Positions 24,991 to 36,700 of a DNA stretch of 64,000 nucleotides are shown here, in pieces. How positions within the stretch are numbered: the stretch's first letter is position 1; each line of letters starts with the position of its first letter. The DNA is from Octopus vulgaris (Eukaryota), in the NCBI GenBank assembly GCA_951406725.2, contig OX597828.1, forward strand, positions 14,756,001-14,820,000, written 5' to 3'. The notes under the pieces were generated by a model that was not told the DNA's origin, searched no databases, and saw only the letters and a list, made by a program, of their open reading frames with translations. The position numbers were made by a program, and so were the translations under genes.

Positions 24991-26189
24991 TATTGTTTAT
25001 GATATAACATTGTCTTTTGCTCCCTTATATCTTAACTATTGTATTTGAATATTTTGGCAAAGTACTTAGGGGAAAACTGCTTTATAGCCTTAATGTCTTC
25101 AGCAAGTTATTTAACTCCAGTAAATAGCTAGCAATTCTGCCAGCTCCCCACTGTCAATAATAATAATAATCCTTTCTAGTAAAGGAACAAGGCCTGAAAT
25201 TTAGGGATAGAGGACAAGTTGATTACATCAACCCCAGTGCTTAACTGCTACTTATTTTATCAACCCTGAAAGGATGAAAGGCAAAGTTGACTTCAGCAGG
25301 ATTTGAACTCGGTTTATAGAGAGCTGGAAGAAAACTGCAACACATTTTTCTCCAATTCACTCAAAACCTTGTCTGTCACCTATTCTCTGTTAGAACAGAA
25401 TATAAACACTTAAACAGGTTTAAGATTATAAAATAAATAAAAGACTTTATCAAGTTTTAAAAGATGACCCTTAGACATGTTAATCGTTTTTCTTGTCTTA
25501 ATTAAAATACAGCAGAAATTGAATAATTAATATGAATTTTATGTCAGAGAAAGTTCTAATTTCAAAATCATTTCCAGACAGTTTGTCACTGTACAAAAAC
25601 AGGTTTATCTGTTTTCACCAAGATAACTTAGAGATTAAGTATACCAACTTCTTTCTAGGCCCATGTAAATGGTGCCAGGATGGCTGGTTAAATAAAAACA
25701 CCAGCTGTAAACATGTCTCAGCAAGAGAGCCTCTATGTGGTTAACTGACCTGCTAGAAATAACAGCCAAATATTCCTCAAATAATGCCCTGATACCTCAA
25801 AAAAGAAAGGGATACAAGGTACTGTAATTTTAGGTAAGCAAGGCTTGAGATAAGGAGTGAAGGTCATCGATGGAACGCTTTTGATCATAGATCATAGCTA
25901 ACCTGGGACTCGACAATCAACACCTCTTAGGTCTATATTTACATATCCTACCAACTCTTCCCAGGATAGATAAAATGCATGTCAAAATAATAAATAAATA
26001 TAAAAAATGAGCTGAAGTTATTGGCTAAGAAATGATAACGACAAACAGCCTCACTGAAATATATTTTGTAAGCCATCTGGATATTTGAATTAGATATATA
26101 TCTTAAAATAGTTCAGTGACATTTCAGGAAATAAATCCTTCAAAATCATTCTCTTTATAAATTCTGTTCAAATTATGCATTAACAAAAA

Positions 26190-26225
<36 letters not shown>

Positions 26226-28370
26226 GTCAGCTTTTTATTGTCTGTACTCTAAAATGAGCTTTAATAGTTTTTTTTTTGTTTGTTTGTTTGTTAATTCCAT
26301 TACATTGTGAAATACAGAATAGAAACACAAACAATAAAATGAGTTCAAGAGCAATGGGGAAGGACAGTTATTTTCGAATAAATAATACAACAAAGAACAA
26401 AGAACATAGTAGTTAATTCTTTGATGTGTTTTCTTTTTTGTTTTTTGTTTTTGTTTTTTAAACAAAGCAGCAAACTGGTATAGTCATTAAAGTCACTGAG
26501 CAGAATGCCTTTTGATGTTTGTACCCACTCTGCAATCAGAGTTCAAATCCTGCTGAGACTAATTTTGTTTCCATTTTTCATTTGGCAGGGGGTACTGATG
26601 AAAAGAACCTACTCGAGGCAGACAATTAACAGAAATTTAAGAATAACTGAATATCCAGTCAGATGCCTTATGGTATCTGTTCCAACTTTCTGTGCTCTCC
26701 AAGTTCAAATCCTGTTGAGGACTTCGTTCTCATCCTATCAGGGGTCGATAAATGATAAAAAGAGCCAACCCAAAGCAGACAATTGGCAGGAAAGTAAGAA
26801 TATCAGATTGAATGCCTTGCAGTAATTTGTTCCAACTTTCTGATCTCTGAGTTCAAATCCCACACTTCAACTTCACTTTTTCAGCTTTTCCACCAACAGG
26901 TGGGGTGGGATGTGTGTCAATAATAAAGTACCAACCCATGGCAGCAGATTGGCAGAACTGAAAAAAATGGCAAACCAGACACCTCGCAGTATTCAGTCTG
27001 GTTCTTTTGCATTCTAAGTTTAAATCCCACCATGACCATCACTCAGATAGTAACTTAACTGGTTGCCCACTTTAACAACATCACCCTGCCTGACACCTAG
27101 AGTGCTTTTGAACAGAATCCACCCTGTTGCAAGCATTCAGGACGTGTTTCTGGTTCTAAGGCTACCTCCCTCAATCACCCCACCTTCCACCAGTTTTGAA
27201 AACCCTGTAATGTGTCATGAGGGCACTGTTATCCCCACAAGATTAAAAGGAAAAAAAAAAGACAATGTCACAGCAATGTATACAAGTTTAAACTGGGAAT
27301 TGAAACTGAAACAGTTCTCCTGAAGAAGGAATCATTTGAGCCATTTAAGAAAACACACACACACACACACATAAAGGAAAATAAATATGTCCTATTTACT
27401 ATATATTTACTGCTTCGTAGTTCTGTCTATTATAGAGTGCCAAAAAGTTTTGTTGCTTGCACTCCTGTGACCTACTTTCTGACACAGATTTCACTGCATC
27501 TCTGAGATGCATTGAAATAGTGTTAGCGATCAAATTGCAGACAAACGACAAATTGTCTTTTTTTTTTTCTCTCTTTTTGACACTTTGCAAAAGTATGATG
27601 ATGATGATGATGATGATATTAAGGAAAAGGTTAATGTAATGGTATAATCGTGTGTTTTAATTGGCTAAAATGACTTTTTCCGCAATGAGATATCCTTTAA
27701 TATCTTACATGTACCTTTCAATAAAACACTATTTATTTAAGATTATAACTGTTTATATATGTTGATAAATGAAGATTTTTGCTTTTCCACCATAAATATT
27801 ATCACAGGACATCTATAAATGATGAAGGGTAGCAGGCCAAAACTTCGAAGTCACAATCACCCCCCTTTTTTTTTTTTGTAAAAATTTAATAAACATAAGC
27901 TGTACTAAAAGCAATGAGTAATGAATTCTTCAGTTTTAATGGTAAATTTTTATGTATACAACTTGACACAACATATACATATATATATATATCTGACGAA
28001 ATGCCAATACAACTAAGCGCTTTTTAGGTGCAAAACTAATATATATATTAGTGTTAATGAGTGTGTGTATGTATGTGCATGTGTAAGAAGTATCCATACA
28101 TTAAAGTTTTACTCCGTGTATTGGGATAACTAACTTCTTTGTTTCATATATTGACAAAAACAAAAGGAAAAACAGTACTGCATACATCAACTATTATTAT
28201 TATTACTATTATTATTCAACAAGACAAAATATCAATGTTATAAAGGGAAACTCGGTGAAAGAACCCAAAGGAACAAGGATATAATAAGTATATATATATG
28301 AAAGAAATAGGAGGAACAGAAATAAAAGATAAATAATCTGAAATGCCGAAGACAGAAATAGTGTACATAC

Positions 28371-28437
28371 GTAGGTTTAGCTTCTCGACCATCTGGATGA
28401 AATAACGTAACTGTTGCTATAATACAGCCGTGTGTAA
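28371..28437 (-). CDS. SLMAP: SLMAP exon, end of FHA region: (I)THGCIIATVTLFHPDGREAKP(T)
   Basis: 67 nt, tttgctccag acceptor, gtatgt donor, phase 1 to 2. Matches SLMAP VTHGCIVSTIKLFLPDG. Confidence 0.95.
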
Positions 28438-28689
28438 CTGGAGCAAACAAAAGGAAAAGAGAAAGAGAGAGAAAAACACATTAGTTCAAGATATAAAGTA
28501 TTGAGGAGTTTGAAGGTTTTTTTTTTTTTTTTTCGGGTTTTTCTTTTTCGTTTTTACATGTACGATACCCTAGATATTTAACGTGTCTTATCAGTAATGG
28601 GAAATTTTTATTTTTCACATTAGAATAAAAATGTTTATAAAGCATAAAATAAATTTATCTACCCAACAGCCATGCCCTACATACATATC

Positions 28690-28725
<36 letters not shown>

Positions 28726-28777
28726 TGATAAAAATAGGAAAATAGGAATCAAAACATAAGTACATATCTATATTTTA

Positions 28778-28829
28778 TTTAGTTGGTCGGAGTTACAAGG
28801 GCCAAAATTTCGAACACTGATTTTATTTA

Positions 28830-28875
<46 letters not shown>

Positions 28876-29055
28876 ATATGTGACAATTATTCGGTAGCAA
28901 TTATAAAACTCCGAATTTCGGGGTGAAACTCGGAGTTTTATCATGGCTACCGAATAATTGTCACATATTACATTACATTTACAGATAAATTCCTCTATTT
29001 ACATAATATCGAGGTCTCTTTCATTCTTTTGTTGTCTTACAATTTCTATCAATAT

Positions 29056-29108
<53 letters not shown>

Positions 29109-29165
29109 TAATCAGTGCTCGAAATTTTGGCCCTTGTAATCATCGTGTAACTTCGACCAACTAAA
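28778..29165. mobile_element. Nested fold-back element: outer inverted repeats enclosing (TA)n tracts and an inner 49-bp palindrome
   Basis: Outer arms 28778-28822 / 29110-29165. Inner arms 28871-28919 / 28925-28973 (46 of 49 complementary, 5-nt loop). Confidence 0.8.
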
Positions 29166-29555
29166 TCAAAAACGTAAACACACAGTCAAAACAACTGTCA
29201 CTATAGAAAGAAAAAAAAGCTACTATTAGTGGACAGAGAAGAATATTAGAGAAGTTTTAAACAATCAGACACATTCAGTAAAAAAAAAAAAAAAAAAAGG
29301 AAATTAAAAAATTACATGATTACTTTGTAAGGGGGAAAATAATAATAATAATAAAGGCCAACAAAAACAAACAAACCAGAGTAGGGAACCCAGGCGGTGA
29401 TGATCTCTCAACGAAGTAGTTTATAAGAGTGAAGTTGCAGGGAAAGGAATTGGCCAGCTGAGAGTTTTGTTGTGGCTCACATGATAAACATTCGTCTGGG
29501 CTGCGTGTTGGCTTGCTTTAAAAAAACCAGCAGCGAAGTAAAAAGTAGTACTTAC

Positions 29556-29574
29556 CATACAGGGAAAGCAACAT
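29556..29574 (-). CDS. SLMAP: Candidate coding part of an alternative first exon of SLMAP (MLLSLY plus 1 nt)
   Basis: ATG TTG CTT TCC CTG TAT G|gtaagt. Consensus donor; phase 1 matches the exon at 28437 and gives MLLSLYVTHGC. Lies in non-repetitive sequence. Confidence 0.55.
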
Positions 29575-30345
29575 ATGACAAAACCCGGGGAAGGAGGTGG
29601 GGGAAGAAATAAATAGATAAATGAATAAATAAATAAAAAGGAAAAACTTCCCACGTTGCACAGAACTCTGTCTCGCAAATATTTACATAAAAGCAGATAT
29701 TAAAAAAAAAAAATTAAAAATAGGAGTAAAAAAAAAAACAAACCAAAACAAAGAGGGAGTAAAACTTGGAAACTTTTAAATGTAAGAATGCACGTAATGA
29801 AATATTCAGGATAAATAACAAAAAAAAAAAAAAATTTTTTTTAATCAGTTTTCTCTTTTTAAACAAATTGTGAAATTTCATCACTGACTAGGGTCGTTTG
29901 TTGACAAGTTTATCATATACAGCACTAGGTAGAGTCAGGACTGAGCTACCAGTATAGATGTGAAGTGAAGAAATATGCCCAAAGCGTTGCCATGCAGTGT
30001 TTTCTTATAACCTCAGATGGACCAGTACCACATGAATGAAAATTTCAAGTTAAAAACTGTATGGAAGCCCATCATGCGTGTTTGAGTATATATTTGCATG
30101 TGTATGTAATTTATACATACACATAACTAATGGACATCCATAAAAGTAAGTGTGTGTGTGTGTGTGAGAGAGAGATCTTTTACACGAAGACACAAAAGGA
30201 TGTACATGACAACACTTTCAATCAGTTAAGATCAGAACCCATGAGAACCCCTGCCTGGTACTGCGTCAGGGCGTTTCTTCTTATCATTATTATTGTTATC
30301 GTTATTATTTAAAGTGACAAGCTGGCAGAATCATTAGCATACTAT

Positions 30346-30750
30346 AGGCGCAGGAGTGGCTGTGTGGTAAGTAGCTTGCTTACGAACCACATGGTTCTAG
30401 GTTCAATCCCACTGTGTGGCACCATGGGCAAGTGTCTTCTACTATATCCTCGGGCTGACCTAAGCCTTGTGAGTGGATTTGGTAGACGGAAACTGAAAGA
30501 AGCCCATCATATATATGTATATGTGTATGTGTGTGTATATGTTTGTGTGTCTGTGTTTGTACCCCCAACATCGCTTGACAACCGATGCTGGTGTGTTTAT
30601 GTCCCCCATAACTTAGCGGTTTGACAAAAGGGACCAATAGGAAAAGTACTAGGCTTACAAAGAATAAGTCCTGAGGTCAATTTGCTTGACGAAAGGCAGT
30701 GCTCCAGCATGACCACAGTTAAATGACTGAAACAAGTAAAACAGTAAAAG
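30346..30750 (+). mobile_element. SINE family A, full-length copy
   Basis: Starts aggcgcaggagtggctgtgtggtaag (A box), B box ggttcaatcc, same body and tail as 4757-5157. Confidence 0.88.
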
Positions 30751-31019
30751 AGGTGAAGGTTGACAGGAGGGAGGGCATCCTGCCATAGAAAACCTGTCCA
30801 ACCCTAGCAAGCATGGAAAAGTAGACAATAAATCAATGATAACAGACAATATACATGACAGGTCACTATTACCTGTATTCTAATGCCCAACTGCTACCAC
30901 CACCACCACTACTACTACTACTACACTCCCACCCACAAGACCTGATCTTAAGTCCTTGTCATTCAGTGCATGTTAAGTGTGCTGATTCTTAATCAGTTTC
31001 ATTGTTCCTGCATGCATGC

Positions 31020-31067
<48 letters not shown>

Positions 31068-32129
31068 TGTGCTGTTTATCTCATATTTCCTTATATCACA
31101 ATAGGCATTGACAGGTTTATTACAAAAGTCAGTGGACTGATAAGAACCTCAATACTAATTATAACTGCCAACTTCAAAACAAGTTCACATTTAGGCCTCT
31201 CTCTCATTTTTTTTTAAAGTCTTTTCTTTTTCCAAATGTGTTACCTTTGTAAACACCATGTCTTTTTAAAAGAGGACAACCAGCTTTGACAATGAAACTT
31301 CAATTTCATACTTATTTAATGAGTATAACTAATGCTGTAAAGTTGCTGGTAATAGGAAGGGCTTCTAACAGTTATAAAGTTATAACACCTAAAAGACCAG
31401 GAGAAGGGGGGGGGGGACCAAGGTGCAAATTGAGAAGATGTAAAATAGAAAGGCCACTATAGTCTTATTGCAAACAATTTCTTCAGTGTCCAAAACATAA
31501 ACCATCAAAGATGGCTAATTGTGTGTGTGTGTGTGTCTCTCTCTCTCTCTCAGATATTGAAAGACTGTGACGAATGGCTAGGAACAGGGACCTGTCCAGA
31601 TCATGCTATAATAGAGAAAAATATTAACTAGAAACTGAAGGTTTCATAATTTTTCAAAGCCTGGGTTGATTGAATAATAGCAGTTTCTAATTCAGGCACA
31701 AGATCAGTAATGTTTAAGGAAAAGGAGTTAGTTGATATCCTAATTGACAATTTTATCAACCTTGGATGGATGAAGGGCCAAGTTGACTTCAGCTGGATTT
31801 TAGCTCAGAACATAAAACGTCAAAAGAAAGCACAATTTCTGATACACTTTTCCTGATATTCTAACAATTCTGCCATCTCACTACCTTAATGGTTTCTAAT
31901 TTAGGCACAAGTTCATCAAGTTTGAGGAGAGGGGGTTTAGTGAATACTATCAACCCCAGTATGTTACTGGTATTTGATTTTATCGAACTCAAAAGGATGA
32001 GAAGCAAAGGTGGCCTCAGTAAGATGTAAGCTCAGAATACAAAGAACCTGAAGGAATACAAGGCATTTTGCTTGGCACTACCAATTCTGCCAGTTCACCT
32101 CCTTCCCAATAATAATAATAATAATAATA

Positions 32130-32325
32130 TTCTTTTACTTGTTTCAGTAATTTGACTGTGGTCATGCTGAGCACCACCTTTAGTCAAAGAAATCGACACC
32201 AAGACTTTATTCTTTGTAAGCCTGTTACTTATTCTATCGGTCCCTTTTGCCGAACCGCTAAGTTACGGGGATGTAAACACACCAGCATCAGTTGTCAAGT
32301 GATGTTGGGGGACAAATGCACACAC

Positions 32326-32371
<46 letters not shown>

Positions 32372-32551
32372 CACACACACACACACACAACGGGCTTCTT
32401 TCAGTTTCCGTCTACCAAAACCACTCACAAGGCTTTGGTCAGCCCAAAACTATAGTAGAAAACACTTGCCCAAGGTGCCACGCAGTGGGACTGAACCCGG
32501 AACCATGTGGTTGGTAAGCAAGCTATTTACCACACAGCCACTCCTGCATCT
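32130..32551 (-). mobile_element. SINE family A, full-length antisense copy
   Basis: Reverse complement of 30346-30750. Other minus copies near 9240-9626, 15060-15456, 23090-23655, 40680-41096, 58080-58420 and 62550-62937. Confidence 0.88.
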
Positions 32552-33506
32552 ATAAATAATAATAAACCAAGTACTCTATACCCACCCACCCACATGATGC
32601 AGGTTTTAATCCTGTTCATATTACTGATTCTCATAACAATGGAACCACACCATTCATTCAGCCTACATAAGCCAAGTATTTTGAATGGCCACCTCTCCTT
32701 AAAAACCACTTCCTCCTTGTTGCAACTAAGCTACTTTTGTTGCATGTGTATACACATTATAAGAAAGAAAAAAAAAAGCACTTTAGCTCAAAACAGTCAG
32801 TGACTATAAATACCCAGAGTACACTAAAAAGCATATTCACCATCTTAGTCTGTTGCACTTGTGTCAATGACAGAGAAATATAATATAGTATCGTAGAAAA
32901 TGTTATCTGTATTATAAGCACACCAAAACAATATTGTTTCTCCATTTCTAAGGCAACCATCAAGCTCTGTTCCCATCTTCCCTCTTTGCCATCATAAAAT
33001 ACTACTTTAGCAAACCTCCTATTACGTTCTGGCATAAATACCCGTCGCCGTCAAACTATGCCTCACTTCCTGTCCTAATTCTTCCTCTTTGTACTAAGCA
33101 GGAGCAAGCAAGCTAAAGAGCAAGCTCCAACATGGTCGAAACACAAGCTAGAAATAACAGCTAAATCTCAACCTTAAGTCCTAAAAATCTCTATATGAAA
33201 AAAAAATAAATGTATTAGATTATGGGGTTCTCAATGCATCTTGTCTGAAAATAAGAGGTGATGGTTAGAGTGGAATGTCTTTTGATCATAGATGTGTTCA
33301 GTCAGTGCTAATTTTGAGCTAAACAGTAACAGCCTTTGAGCCCGAAACAAACAGAGCAGAGAATAAAGACAGAGCATAGATTGAACCCATACCAACTATT
33401 GTTGTCTCAGTGAATATTATGATGTGAGTCAACATATAAAGAACCTGTGTTGGAGGGAAAACCTCATTTATAACTATCTTCCCTTTTACATAACATAAAA
33501 GGGTCT

Positions 33507-33720
33507 CATATATATATAGTTAATCCAAACATGAAAACACAACAACGCGAGGACGTGGAACAAGTATAGTATTATTGGACGCTCAGGAAAGAAGGAGGGT
33601 TTAACGTTTCGAGCGGAGCTCTTCATCAGAAACATAGGAAAAGGAAAGATCCAAAGAAGGGAAGACAAAGGGGAAAAAAAAAAAAAAAATCGCCAACAGT
33701 ACACATGCGGTCACATTTTA
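33507..33720 (-). mobile_element. Short CpG-retaining element carrying the hammerhead; probable Penelope-like terminal fragment or non-autonomous derivative
   Basis: Abuts a (TA)n run, is distinct in composition from its flanks and contains the hammerhead core. Boundaries approximate. Confidence 0.5.
33599..33633 (-). ncRNA. Minimal type I hammerhead ribozyme motif (Penelope-like element type)
   Basis: Minus strand GUUU-CUGAUGA-A-GAGC(UCC)GCUC-GAAA-CG-UU-AAAC: conserved core, 4-bp stem II, 4-bp stem I (GUUU/AAAC), palindromic loopless stem III (ACGU), GUU triplet. Confidence 0.7.
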
Positions 33721-36700
33721 AATAACCGGAAGATATAAGACACATCAAGTCAAGTGAAGCCAATGTCATGTGATAAGCAACTGTGCCGGTGGCACATACA
33801 AAGCGCCCTTCACGGAGGTGAAAAGTTACTGAGCCCTTTAATGATAGGTCATGCTCGAGCAGACACATCAAGTCAAGTGGAATCATAGTTGTGTCCAATG
33901 CCAGTGTCATGTAACTGGTACCCGTGCTGATAGCATGTAGAAAGCACCCATTGCACTCTTGGAGTGGTTGGTGTTAGGAAGGGCATCCAGCCGTAGAAAC
34001 AAAGCCAAATCAGATTGGAACCTAGTGCAGCTCTCCAGCTTACCTGTTGCAATCAAGCCATCTAACCCATGCCAGCATGGAAAGCAGATGCTAGATGATG
34101 ACAGACATACAGACAGACATGCATACATGCATGTCATCTAACCAGAAGTTTGGTAGCTGTTTAGCTCAAGGTCAACCCTAATTGAGCTGACTCATGATGT
34201 TATAGCCTACATTGTTCAATATGTCCTTCTTTATTAAAGATAGTAGCATGTGATTTAAAGGTTACATGACTAACACTTCTAGCAAGTCAGTCAGCTATTC
34301 AGAAGCTTTCTGGTTGTTCTTAAGAAATTTGTTAGCTATAGCTGTGCAAGTAAAGTATGTCTGCAGTAGTCATCTGTCCCTTCACCAGCCCCACCTCCAC
34401 AGCCTATGGCAGCTGCATGACCCTGTCACTGACCTCCAACTCCCTCCACATACAACACACACACACACACACAGAGTTCACCAAACTAATGTGTCTTATC
34501 TATCTTTGGTTTCTGTAACCTATCTGCAATCTAACGCTGATAACAAGTCCTACAGAAGACACTGAATAAATTCTAAAAGCACTTCACTGTTACTTGCAGT
34601 AGTAAAACATATCATGCTGCAGTTCTTTATTCGACCATAAGCCAATGTAGAAAAGCCTATGCAGCGACTGCATAGGCGTTTCCACATTGGCTACAAATAG
34701 CAGCTAAATTTCCTTCAAATCACATTTTTATCATCATCATTTAACATTCAGTCTTTCAATGCTTGTGTGAGTTAGGCAGAATTTGATGGAGCAGATGGAT
34801 TTCTATGGCCAGATGCTCTTCTTTTAACCGTTACCAACCTTCAGCTTTTTCCAAGGAAACTGATATTTTCCCATTTCTAAACAAGTTTTTCAAGGAAAAC
34901 TGGAAGCAAAAAACCCCACCTATATGAAAACTCTGCTCATTTACGACCATCACATGTACATACAAAGGTACATACACACATACATAACTGTCACTGTCAG
35001 TTACGATAAAGGTTCCAGTTGATCTGATTGATGGAACAGCCTGCTCGTGAAATTAATATGCAAGTGGTTCAACACTCCAGACATGCATACCCTGAACGTG
35101 GTTCTCGGGGAGATTCAGCATGACACAGAATGTGACATGGCTGGCCCTTTGAAATACAAGTACCATCCATTTTTGCCAGCTGAATAGACTAAAAGCAACA
35201 TGAAATAAAGGGTCATACTCAAGGACACAACATACTGCCCAGTGTTGAACTCATGACCTTACACTCGTGAACCAAACACCCTAACCACTCAGCCACACCC
35301 CAAACCCCCCCACACACAGACTTCTTTCATTTACCATCTACCAAATCCACTCACAAGGTTTAGTTGGCCTGACACTGCAGTAGAAGGCACTGGTCAAAGG
35401 TGGTGCTCAGTAGGACTGAACCCAAGACCACATGGTTGGCAAGCAAGCTTCTTAACCACATAACCGCACCTTCACCTGCTTCATATGTAGTCATAAAGCC
35501 ACTTTTTCAGAGCTTTCTAGCTTGTGGGATATATTCATTGAGGGGTGACCTAAAGCCATACAACAGTAGTAGCAAAAACAACTTTATTAGAGCCAGCACT
35601 CATACTAAGCCTCAGATGTAATGTAGTACTCTTCACAGGATGTGATCTACTAACATCTCTCTCTCTCTCTCTCGCTGCCTGTTACTATTCTTGATTCAGT
35701 AATTCACAGTGCCCGAGGAGCAGCAATCTGGCATGGATCCAAACTAACATCCTTTCATACAGTTGCACTCAATGTAACTAAGATCTGACTTTCATTACAA
35801 AACCTCTCTATTTACGTCATAAACAAGCCAAGGATCCTCTGCATGGTCACTCGGCTGGTTAGAAATAGTAGCCAAGATTTCCTCAAATCAAACCCTAGTG
35901 ACATCATCATTATCATCATCCTCGTTTTGATGTCCAGTTTTTCATACTTGTACGGGTCTGATGGAGTTTATTGATGCAGATCTTCTGCAGCCAGATACCC
36001 TCCCTATCACCAACCCTTACTTGTTTCCAAGCAAGGAAAGGTTTTTCCATGGCTAGACATGATTACAAAGAATATTGGAAATGAATGATGTTCCTTGTAT
36101 GACAGTGACACTTGCTCACAACTCTCATGCAATGTCAAAACAAAGAGACACAAACATAAATGCACATATACACACTTATGATGGATTTCTTTCAGTTTCC
36201 ATCTACCAGATCCACTCACAAGGCTTTGGTTTGTTTGGGTATTACAGCAGAAGACACTTGCCCAAGGTACCACACACATTGAGAGTGAATCTGAAACCAA
36301 TGTCTCCATAAAAAAAAAAAAGAAAAAACCTCACTGAATCATGTACAAAAAAAGTCTGATCACTGCTAGAATGCATGTGATGGTAGTTCTGCTTGATCAG
36401 GGTTTACCTGGGGCTAAACAACACTCCGCATCAACTCAAATTTTCTCTTCTTTATATACACCAACCTTGACCCATCAAACAGAACATCTTCCTAATTAAA
36501 CAACATGCACATTATATCCTTTGTACATTAAGTACCTGAGAAATACTCAGTTTCTCTCACTTCTGTCATCATCATCATCATAATCATCTGAACTGCTTTG
36601 CTCTCTTATGAAATAATTTTCTTTATCATTGCTCAAGTTCTCATACATATCACTTTCACCACACAGTCACCACGGACAGGCAAATGTCTGCAGAACCTTC

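Noticed and set aside
27993-28052. CTGACGA...AAAAC plus palindrome, hammerhead-like
   Set aside because: G12 missing, GUG triplet and no stem I pairing.
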